A stretch of DNA of 23,121 nucleotides from Candidatus Sericytochromatia bacterium (GTDB taxonomy: Bacteria > Cyanobacteriota > Sericytochromatia > S15B-MN24 > UBA4093). Both the position numbers and the translations under genes were made by a program. The notes below the pieces were generated by a model. That model made no database searches. It was not told the DNA's origin and saw only the letters and a program-made list of their open reading frames with translations. This document shows positions 15,768-23,121 of the stretch, in pieces. Positions within the stretch are counted from its first letter, which is position 1. Every line of letters begins with the position of its first letter. The stretch spans positions 1 through 23,121 of the forward strand of contig JAKFBU010000013.1 of assembly GCA_036676985.1 (NCBI GenBank), in the 5' to 3' direction.

Positions 15768-16715
15768 CTAGGATCTCAGCCGACAAATCAGCTGAATGAC
15801 ACTCGCACGCCTCTGATGCAGGGCCACGTCATCGAAGATGCGATCCGCTTCGTCGACGACCCGCTGCAAATCAGGAGCCTGCTGGGTCAGCGTCGACAGG
15901 TCAATCCCCAATCGCTTGCAGATCGAGTGGATGAAATACCAGTTGCGGGGCATCTCATGCTGGAGCAGGACCTCGAATCCTGCCTTGGATAGTAAGCTGG
16001 CGATGCCCGTGCGGGAAAACAGGACCAGGTGATAGGGCGGCATGGTCCAGAAGAAGTCTGCCCCGAGGTGCTCGAAGAGCAGGCTGTCGACCGTAGGGAG
16101 TTCGAGGAGCAGGATCCCCTCGGGGTTCAGCAGCCGTTGAGCCTCGGTGAGGAATCGGCCAGGCTCCTTGAGGTGTTCGATGAGGGTCCACGCCGTCACG
16201 ACGTCGAACCGCTGATTCGTCACGTCGGACCAGTGGCCTTGCTGCAGGTGGCCCTGCAAGTCCAGCCGTTGCTGGCCCATTTCGATCGAGCATCGGGAAA
16301 GGTCGATCCCCGTCGCTGCGAAGCCTTCGTCGCGCATGAAGCGAACGAACACGCCGGCGCCACAGCCGACGTCCAGTAGGCTCGCCTTCGGTTGGATAAA
16401 GCCAAGTAGGGGCTTGATGCGGTGCTCGTAGAAATACGCTCGCTTGACAGGGTCGAAGTAACGTGACAGCGAGGCCTCGAGGATGCTGCGCTCCACCTCC
16501 GCCTCCGTGGCCTCGGCGGCATAGAAGTCCGCCAACGCGCTATCCGTCGGAGGGGGATTGACGAAATGCGTGCCGCAATCGAGGCACTTCGAATGGTGGA
16601 TCCCCTCGGCCGACATGAATCCCCGTTTGGAGGTCAAGGCGGAGACGAGCAGCCGGCTCGAGGTACACGCCGGGCACTGCTCGAGCATCGGATCAAATGC
16701 AAGCGTAGAATTCAT
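15768..16715 (-). CDS. Class I SAM-dependent methyltransferase with N-terminal CxxC..CxxC zinc ribbon
   Basis: CPAC and CLDC; LLDVGCGAG, GIDLS, FDVVTAWTLIEH, LNPEG and PPYHL. Start is ATG 16715 (AGGA upstream) or 16739. Confidence 0.88.
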   Translation of the reverse strand: MNSTLAFDPMLEQCPACTSSRLLVSALTSKRGFMSAEGIHHSKCLDCGTHFVNPPPTDSALADFYAAEATEAEVERSILEASLSRYFDPVKRAYFYEHRIKPLLGFIQPKASLLDVGCGAGVFVRFMRDEGFAATGIDLSRCSIEMGQQRLDLQGHLQQGHWSDVTNQRFDVVTAWTLIEHLKEPGRFLTEAQRLLNPEGILLLELPTVDSLLFEHLGADFFWTMPPYHLVLFSRTGIASLLSKAGFEVLLQHEMPRNWYFIHSICKRLGIDLSTLTQQAPDLQRVVDEADRIFDDVALHQRRASVIQLICRLRS

Positions 16716-17024
16716 GGATCTTCCTGCCTCTGCGGTCATGGGTGGAGCTGCGAGTTACTGAGTGGGTGGCGATAGCCCCTCTCGGGAAAGCATTAGCCGT
16801 CGACCGTGGTGGGACCGCCGTGGTATAGAGCGCGAACGGGCATGCTTCAGTCGACCTTATTATGTGTCGACTCCCTCAGTCATAAACCGTGCGGGCGAGC
16901 CAGTTCTGGGCCCATGGAGGCTCCCTGCGCGGCCATGACCCCTGCTTGGTAGTATCGTCAGCCCCCAGCAACACTTGAGATTTGCCGTAGAATCGAAGGG
17001 TGCTCGCAACGGAGGTGAATCCAC

Positions 17025-18179
17025 ATGCGCCCGTGGGCGAAACGAATGGACGCGATCGCGTTCTCTGCATCGGTAAATCTGGCCCAGCGGGTCCGCGACG
17101 ACAAGGCGGCGGGCCAAGAACTGTACGACTTCACGGTAGGAGAGCCTCACTGGTCACCCCCCGAGTCCGTGCTCGCGGCGGTTCATGCTGGCTTGGAGCA
17201 TGGGCATACCCGCTATTCGGACTCCCGCGGGCTGCTGCCCCTACGCGCGGAGCTGGCACGGATCCTCTCGGTGCGCGGGGTGCCCGCAGCCGAGGAGTTC
17301 GTGCTGCTCTCGCCAGGCGGCAAGCAGGCTATCTACACGGCTTGCCATGCCCTCTTGGATCCGGGTGATGAGGTCATCCTCTTTCCGCCCTGCTGGGTTA
17401 GCTATGCAGACATCATCAAGCTCGCGGGGGGAGTTCCGATCGAAGTGCCTTGCCATGCCGCCGATCGCTTTCGCCCGAGCGAGGAGGCGCTGCGCTGCGC
17501 CATCACGCCCCGGACCAAGCTCGTGATCGTCAACAACCCCGGCAACCCAACCGGTGCGGTCTGGGAGCCCGCCGTTGTTTCCATGGTGGCGCGGGTGGCT
17601 GCCGAGCACGACTTGTGGCTCCTCGATGATCTGGTCTATGAGGCTTTCAACTATTCGGGCGCACCGGTTTTGCCGATTGGGGCAACCCCCGAGGGCCGCG
17701 AGCGTACGCTTACGGTCGGCAGCTTCTCCAAATCCTACGCCATGACGGGCTTCCGAGTAGGCTACTTGAGCACGCCCGAATTCCTATTCTCACCCTGCTT
17801 GAAGGTCGTGCAGCAGACGGTTACGTGTCTGCCGGTCTTCGTACAGGAAGGAGCCTTGGCGGCTTTGCGCGCGGCCCCGAGCTTTCCGGCTCACATGGCC
17901 GACCATTACGCTCGGCTCGCCCGCGTGGTCTCGGACGAACTGGGAGAGATCGAGGCAGGGCCCCTGGAGGGGGCCTTCTACGCCTTCGTGGACGTTCGCC
18001 GAAAGGGCATGACCTCGACTGCTTTCTGCGACTGGCTCTACCAAGCGTACCGCGTGGCCTGCGTCCCCGGATCCGCGTTCGGCGAGGCCGGCGAGGGGTG
18101 GGTCCGCGTTTCCTATGCGTGCGAGGAGTCGCAGCTGCGCGAAGGCATGCGCCGCCTGGCAGCAGCCATCCGGACCTAA
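17025..18179 (+). CDS. PLP-dependent aminotransferase class I/II (aspartate aminotransferase-like)
   Basis: VGEP, GGKQA, NNPGNPTG, DLVY and SFSKSYAMTGFRVG (PLP lysine), EGWVRVSYA. RBS GGAGGTG. The only plus-strand gene in the window. Confidence 0.93.
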   Translation: MRPWAKRMDAIAFSASVNLAQRVRDDKAAGQELYDFTVGEPHWSPPESVLAAVHAGLEHGHTRYSDSRGLLPLRAELARILSVRGVPAAEEFVLLSPGGKQAIYTACHALLDPGDEVILFPPCWVSYADIIKLAGGVPIEVPCHAADRFRPSEEALRCAITPRTKLVIVNNPGNPTGAVWEPAVVSMVARVAAEHDLWLLDDLVYEAFNYSGAPVLPIGATPEGRERTLTVGSFSKSYAMTGFRVGYLSTPEFLFSPCLKVVQQTVTCLPVFVQEGALAALRAAPSFPAHMADHYARLARVVSDELGEIEAGPLEGAFYAFVDVRRKGMTSTAFCDWLYQAYRVACVPGSAFGEAGEGWVRVSYACEESQLREGMRRLAAAIRT

Positions 18180-19171
18180 CGGGAGGGAAGGGCCGCCACA
18201 AGCTCGTGGGCGATTCGGTTGGCGCCCTGTCCGTCCAGGACCGCTCGTCCGGCTGTGCCGAGGCGCTGCCGCTCTTCCGGGTCCTGCATCAAGCGGGTCA
18301 TTGCCTGCTTCAGCGAGAGGAGCCAAGCCTCGCCCTTGGCCCAACCGACTGAGATCAGGCTGCCTCGCTCCTCGAGCGAGGCCAGGTTCACCAGTTGATC
18401 TTCTCCTACGCAGAGCGCGACGGTAGGCACACCCGAGCATGCCAACTCGTAGAGCGTCTGACCGCCCGCGGTGATGGCGAGGTCAGCCGTCCGGATCCGC
18501 CGCGGCATGTCGGGCGGATGGCGGTGGAGTTGAACGTTGGGGCCGGCCGCCGGCACGCGCTGAAAAAAGGGCCCGACGATGAAGTCGATGACGAAGTCCG
18601 GGGCTTGGTGAGCGGCCCAGTCTTGCAAGGCTTCCAAGAGGCGATCGGCAATTCCCAAGAGGTCATCGCCCCCGAGCGTGACCAAGACATTGGCCGGGAG
18701 TTGCTTGTAATCTCGTGCAGGCGGTACCAGGAAGTCGGGACGCACGATCTGGTAATCGGGTCCGAGTAGCAGCCGGGTTGTCGCTCCCGTACGATAGGCG
18801 AGCTTGATGGCCCCAGGAGCCCCGTTGATGACGAGGTCAACCGGCAATTCTCGATCAGCCTTGTCGTCAAAGCAGGCGAGCACCATCCCTGAGGGTCGGC
18901 GTGCCGCAAGGGTGCAGGGGTCAAGCCGGTAGCTGTCGGCGACAAGGGCCCGGGCCCCGGCTTGTTCGGCCTCAAGCCACAGGCTCTCGGGGCTTGCCGG
19001 GCCGACCCGTACCGACATCCCCTGCTCGCTGAGAACCCCCTCGAGGCTCGGCTCGACCAGGAATACGACCTCGCGGCCCATGGCCTTAAGGCTTCGGGCC
19101 AACCCGATTCCGCGCATGGCGTGACCGAGGCCCACGCCGTGGCCTCCGTCGACGTGCAGGGCGATCGTCAT
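18176..19171 (-). CDS. pseG: PseG/SpsG-like UDP-sugar hydrolase
   Basis: DGGHGVGLGHAMR (catalytic His motif), DSY, LLLGPDY, LVTLGGDD and TAGGQTLYE, in pse context. Confidence 0.85.
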   Translation of the reverse strand: MTIALHVDGGHGVGLGHAMRGIGLARSLKAMGREVVFLVEPSLEGVLSEQGMSVRVGPASPESLWLEAEQAGARALVADSYRLDPCTLAARRPSGMVLACFDDKADRELPVDLVINGAPGAIKLAYRTGATTRLLLGPDYQIVRPDFLVPPARDYKQLPANVLVTLGGDDLLGIADRLLEALQDWAAHQAPDFVIDFIVGPFFQRVPAAGPNVQLHRHPPDMPRRIRTADLAITAGGQTLYELACSGVPTVALCVGEDQLVNLASLEERGSLISVGWAKGEAWLLSLKQAMTRLMQDPEERQRLGTAGRAVLDGQGANRIAHELVAALPSR

Positions 19172-19857
19172 GGCCCCTCCCCTCCGGGGACCCGCTCGAT
19201 CTTTAGGACATAGGTCGCGCCATTGAGCTCAAAGAAGGCGGGGTAGCGCTCATTGTCGACCACCCGGAGCAGATTGAACTGCTCGGCTAACGTCTTGGTG
19301 GGATCCAGCCGACTGTCCTGGGGGCGCCGTCGTGGGTAGTAAGTCGAGTCGCCCTTCTGCTCGCGGCCTGATGCGACTACGTCCGGATAAGTCGCTAGGA
19401 AGGCACGGCAGAGGGTGAGGGTCGTCGCAGCCTGCCGTGCGCGCAGGTCTGCCACCAACTCGGTCCCGTCGAAACGCAAGTGCTCCTGCAGATAGATACG
19501 GCCGCTATCCACGGATTCAGCCGCCTCGAAGAGGGTGACCGAGATCTCGTTCTTGCCCTCAAGGATCTGCCATGTCAGGGGGGACCAGCCCTTTCCTTGC
19601 GGTAGGGCACTCTCGTGAACGACCAGGTTGTGCCGATGGCGCTTCAGCTCAGCTGGTCGGATCAGGTGCCCGCAGCTCAGGATGAACGCGAAGTCACCGG
19701 TGGGCAAGTGTTCGGGGGTATGCGCCCAGCGAACCTGATGGCCGGCTGCGCGCAACTCGTCGATAAAGCTCGGAAGGTAGGTATTGAGCCAGGAGTCGGC
19801 ATCCGACAGAATCGTCAGGGCGAAAGGGGGCCTGCTCAAGGCATCCTGTCCCTCCAT
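19168..19857 (-). CDS. Nucleotide-sugar N-formyltransferase (PseJ-like)
   Basis: LVVHESALPQGKGWSPL, VDSGRIY, YYPRRRP and LLRVVDNERYPAFF give a formyltransferase fold. The start is uncertain (19839-19869). Confidence 0.85.
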   Translation of the reverse strand: MEGQDALSRPPFALTILSDADSWLNTYLPSFIDELRAAGHQVRWAHTPEHLPTGDFAFILSCGHLIRPAELKRHRHNLVVHESALPQGKGWSPLTWQILEGKNEISVTLFEAAESVDSGRIYLQEHLRFDGTELVADLRARQAATTLTLCRAFLATYPDVVASGREQKGDSTYYPRRRPQDSRLDPTKTLAEQFNLLRVVDNERYPAFFELNGATYVLKIERVPGGEGP

Positions 19858-19858
19858 G

Positions 19859-20596
19859 TTACTGACCATACTGCTTCTGTTCGACATGGGCGTTGAGGGA
19901 CGACCAGTCGGGATGGGCGTCCAGCAAGGCCAGGCAGTCGTTCATGTCGAACTCGGGTCGGGTCTGGTACAAGGCTGTAAGCATTCGCTCGATCAGCTCG
20001 AAGTCTTCCGGGGTGTCGACGGTCCAGCGGTGCCGGCTGAGATCCGGGTGGTGGGTGATGTGCTCGATCCGGAATCGAGCAGGCTGCCGATTGATGAAGG
20101 GGGTCACGTGCTCGCGTTGGGCGGCTTCGGTCGCCTCGATGAAGGCCTGGTCGAGGGCCTCAAAGGAGAACACCTCCGTGTCCATGCCGCGAGGGAACGA
20201 GCGGATCAAGACGTTGGAGATGTAGTTGACGTCCGGCATGCGGTCGTGGAAAGCGGCGATGATGCCGTCGATGACGGCCGGATCGATGAGCGGGCAGTCG
20301 GACGTCACCCGAACGACGACATCGGCGCCTGCATGGAGGGCGGCTCCATGGTAGCGCGAGAGTACGTCGTCCTCTGAGCCGCGAAACGAGCTCACGCCGA
20401 TTGAGTCGCAGAGCGCGACGATGGGGTCGTCGCTCACGTTGAGGGTGGTGGCGATGACCAGGCCTGCGGCGCGGGTCACACGGCGAAGACGCTCGACCAT
20501 GTACTCAAGGAGGGTCTTGTTTAAGACCCTCTTGAGAACCTTTCCCGGCAAACGGGTTGACGTCATGCGCGCTTGGACGATTATGACGGTCTTCAT
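19859..20596 (-). CDS. pseF: SpsF/PseF-type acylneuraminate cytidylyltransferase
   Basis: QARMTSTRLPGKVL, RGSEDDVLSRY, RVTSDCP, REHVT and RWTVDTPEDF. ATGA overlap with pseC. Confidence 0.85.
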   Translation of the reverse strand: MKTVIIVQARMTSTRLPGKVLKRVLNKTLLEYMVERLRRVTRAAGLVIATTLNVSDDPIVALCDSIGVSSFRGSEDDVLSRYHGAALHAGADVVVRVTSDCPLIDPAVIDGIIAAFHDRMPDVNYISNVLIRSFPRGMDTEVFSFEALDQAFIEATEAAQREHVTPFINRQPARFRIEHITHHPDLSRHRWTVDTPEDFELIERMLTALYQTRPEFDMNDCLALLDAHPDWSSLNAHVEQKQYGQ

Positions 20597-21789
20597 GGTG
20601 CGAACTGTTCCACGGTGTCTCGTATGGCGTCGATAACGTACTGGACCTCGTCGTCGCTCATTCTCGGGTAGAGTGGCAGGGAGACGACACGAGAGTAATA
20701 TGCCTCAGCATGTGGAAAGTCTCCCGGTAGGTAGCCGAAGTTCCGCGCGTAGTAAGGCTGCAGGTGGACGGGGATATAATGGACATTCACGCCCAATTGT
20801 AGGTTCTTGAGATGGTTGAAGGCCGCAAGCCGGTCGATCGTCTTGAACTGCAAGACGTAGAGGTGATATGACGAACGCGTGTTGGGAGCCTGGTAGGGGA
20901 CCACGATCTCGGCCAGTTGGCCGAACGCCTCGTCGTACCGGCGGGCGATTGCTCGCCGGCGCTCCACGAAGCTATCTAGCTTTTCAAGTTGCTTCAGCCC
21001 CAAGGCGCACTGGAAGTCCGTGAGCCGGTAGTTGTATCCCAGGTCCTGCATCTCGTAGTACCAGGGGCCGTCCTGGCGCGACAATAGCGCGGGATCTCGG
21101 GTGATTCCATGGGTTCGCAAGAGCATCAGCCGGTGGTAAAGCGCTGAGTCGTTGGTGGTGATGGCGCCGCCCTCACCCGTGGTGACATGCTTTACTGGGT
21201 GGAAGGAGAAGATCGTCATGTCGCTGTGGGCGCAGCCACCCACTCGGAACGTATTCCCGTCTATCTCGTAGGTCGCCCCGATGGCATGGGCCGCATCCTC
21301 GATGACCGTTAGGTCGTGGGCATTTGCCAGTCTGGCGATCGCGTCCATACGGCAAGGTTGGCCCGCGAAGTGCACCGGGATGATCCCCTTGGTCGAACCT
21401 GTGAGGCGTCGCTCGACCTCGCTTGGATCTAGGCAATAGGTCGCGGGATCGATATCGGCGAGCACGGGGCGGGCGCCCGTGTAGATGACACAATTGGCCG
21501 AGGCGACGAAGGTGTTGGGCGAGGTGATGATCTCGTCGCCGGGCCCGAAGTCCGCTGCAAGGGCTGCGAGGTGCAAGGCGGCCGTGCCGTTCGCGACTGC
21601 CACGGCATAGCGAGCCCCGCAGTAATCGGCGAGCGCTCGCTCGAATTGGGCGACGAGCGGGCCCTGCGTGAGCCAGTCGGATTGCAAGGACTGGACGACG
21701 GCCTGGATGTCGTCGTCATCGAGCCACTGGCGGCCGTAGGGGATAGGGGTCGCGGACGCTTGGAGCTTACTTTGTGAGGGCATAGTCAT
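20593..21789 (-). CDS. pseC: UDP-4-amino-4,6-dideoxy-N-acetyl-beta-L-altrosamine transaminase (DegT/PseC)
   Basis: IPYGRQ, WLTQGP, ANGTAALH, EDAAHAIG, FSFHPVKHVTTGEGG, LGYNYRLTDFQ and VHYIPVH. Start is 21789 or 21783. Confidence 0.93.
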   Translation of the reverse strand: MTMPSQSKLQASATPIPYGRQWLDDDDIQAVVQSLQSDWLTQGPLVAQFERALADYCGARYAVAVANGTAALHLAALAADFGPGDEIITSPNTFVASANCVIYTGARPVLADIDPATYCLDPSEVERRLTGSTKGIIPVHFAGQPCRMDAIARLANAHDLTVIEDAAHAIGATYEIDGNTFRVGGCAHSDMTIFSFHPVKHVTTGEGGAITTNDSALYHRLMLLRTHGITRDPALLSRQDGPWYYEMQDLGYNYRLTDFQCALGLKQLEKLDSFVERRRAIARRYDEAFGQLAEIVVPYQAPNTRSSYHLYVLQFKTIDRLAAFNHLKNLQLGVNVHYIPVHLQPYYARNFGYLPGDFPHAEAYYSRVVSLPLYPRMSDDEVQYVIDAIRDTVEQFAP

Positions 21790-22804
21790 CGCCAACTTTG
21801 AACGTAGGGTCGACGTGCTGCTTGATGAGGGCTCGTAGCTGCTCGACGGAAAGCCAATCGGAGTTAGTGCCACTGTTGTACTTGAAGCCGGGCTCGCAGG
21901 GCTTGCCGTTGAAGGTCTGAATGAATTCTTGGACGTCCCAAAGGGGCATCGAGGGCAGGATAACGAAGTGGTTCTTGAACTCGACCGAGCTGATGGCATC
22001 GGTTTCGGTGATCATCTCCTCGTGGAGCTTTTCACCGGGTCGGATGCCGACGTATTCCACCCTGGCGCCGGGAGCGATCGCCTCGGCGACGTCGGTGATG
22101 CGGTAGCTCGGGATCTTGGGGACGAAGATCTCGCCCCCCCAGGCACGATTGAGGGCGTCCAGCACCATTTGAACGCCGTCCTCCAGCGTGATGTTGAAGC
22201 GGGTCATGCGCTCATCGGTGATGGGGAGGACGCCGTCCGACCGCTTCTTCAGGAAGAAGGGGATCACGCTGCCACGGCTGCCCATGACGTTGCCGTAGCG
22301 AACCACCGAGAACTGGATGTCGCGTTTGCCCTTCATGTTGTTGGCTGCAACGAACAGCTTATCAGAGGCAAGCTTGGTTGCGCCATAAAGGTTGATGGGG
22401 GCGGCGGCCTTGTCCGTGCTCAGAGCGACGACCTTCTTGACATGGTTGTCAAGACAGGCCTCGATGACATTCTGGGCACCGATGATGTTGGTCTTGACCG
22501 CCTCAAAGGGATTGTACTCTGCGGCGGGCACTTGTTTAAGGGCAGCCGCATGGACGACGATGTCGATCCCTTCCATGGCGCGGTTTAGGCGTTCCTTGTC
22601 CCGCACGTCTCCGATGAAGTAGCGGATTTGTGGGAAGCGGTGGTGCGGGAACTCCTGGGCCATCTCGTACTGCTTCAGCTCGTCCCGAGAAAAGACCACC
22701 ACTCGGGTGATCTCCGGGGAGCGGGTGAGAATGGTCTGGACGAATTTCTTCCCGAAGGAGCCCGTCCCGCCGGTAACGAGAAGGGAGCGTTCTTTAAGAG
22801 TCAT
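21767..22804 (-). CDS. pseB: UDP-N-acetylglucosamine 4,6-dehydratase (inverting)
   Basis: TGGTGSFG, FSRDELKQ, HAAALKQVPAAEYNP, STDKA, YGATK, RYGNVMGSRGSV and GIRPGEKLHE. Confidence 0.96.
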   Translation of the reverse strand: MTLKERSLLVTGGTGSFGKKFVQTILTRSPEITRVVVFSRDELKQYEMAQEFPHHRFPQIRYFIGDVRDKERLNRAMEGIDIVVHAAALKQVPAAEYNPFEAVKTNIIGAQNVIEACLDNHVKKVVALSTDKAAAPINLYGATKLASDKLFVAANNMKGKRDIQFSVVRYGNVMGSRGSVIPFFLKKRSDGVLPITDERMTRFNITLEDGVQMVLDALNRAWGGEIFVPKIPSYRITDVAEAIAPGARVEYVGIRPGEKLHEEMITETDAISSVEFKNHFVILPSMPLWDVQEFIQTFNGKPCEPGFKYNSGTNSDWLSVEQLRALIKQHVDPTFKVGDDYALTK

Positions 22805-22932
22805 CGGTTGCCTCGATCGGTAGATAAGGCCCCGTCAAGGAGTGCACGATGGGGCTACGACTGCACTATTCACGAGTTGTTTCAGATCATAACGAGGCGA
22901 GCATCCCTTATGCTTGCTTGTCAGTACAGTTC

Positions 22933-22959
22933 TCATCGACCGATGGATCAAGACCTTGA
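22933..22959 (-). promoter_or_regulatory. Candidate sigma28 promoter upstream of pseB
   Basis: Minus strand reads TCAA(22959-22956)-N15-GTCGATGA(22940-22933), resembling the site upstream of the synthase. A second, weaker candidate AAAA-N15-CCCGATAG lies at 23051-23077. Confidence 0.45.
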
Positions 22960-23121
22960 GGTTTTTGTGACGGATAGTTGGTCACCTCACTATGTCCCAC
23001 TTAACAGATCGTTGCCAAGCCCCGCTTCCTGTGATAACCTGATGTCAACTCTATCGGGTGTGAGGCGGTCCAGTTTTTGGGCTACAATTCTATAAAACGG
23101 GCGCCCGGCGCTCCAGGGACT

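Noticed and set aside
19168-19857. Annotation as methionyl-tRNA formyltransferase (fmt)
   Set aside because: Too short, lacks the Fmt FMGTP start, and is embedded in the pse operon.
22628-23095. 155-aa plus-strand ORF
   Set aside because: Overlaps pseB antisense and the AT-richer promoter region, with no motifs.
1-23121. CRISPR arrays, tRNA/rRNA, transposases, integrases or nucleotide-level tandem repeats
   Set aside because: None seen; the repeats found are protein-level only (TPRs and the degenerate GT-B lobes).

Overview
This high-GC bacterial window is almost entirely a flagellin glycosylation island, read mainly on the minus strand. From right to left it carries a pseudaminic-acid-type pathway: pseB, pseC, a pseF/spsF-like gene, a sugar N-formyltransferase and a pseG-like gene, with no pseH acetyltransferase. 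An inverted class I/II aminotransferase and a divergent methyltransferase interrupt this pathway. Next come a NeuB/PseI-family synthase and a tightly coupled tailoring cassette (ATP-grasp ligase, SAM methyltransferase, amidohydrolase, RraA/HMG-aldolase-like protein, PIG-L deacetylase). These are followed by a ~2420-aa glycosyltransferase with five predicted transferase modules and three repeated, apparently non-catalytic lobes, then a TPR-GT2-TPR protein and the 5' end of flagellin. Sigma28-like promoters precede flagellin, the TPR-GT2 gene, the synthase operon and probably pseB, and the flagellin leader has a CsrA-type GGA hairpin. The most interesting inference is a single-polypeptide assembly line that builds a flagellin oligosaccharide capped with an unusually N-acylated, possibly acetyl-free, nonulosonic acid. 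All family calls come from motif recognition by eye; no searches were run and the organism cannot be identified from this window.
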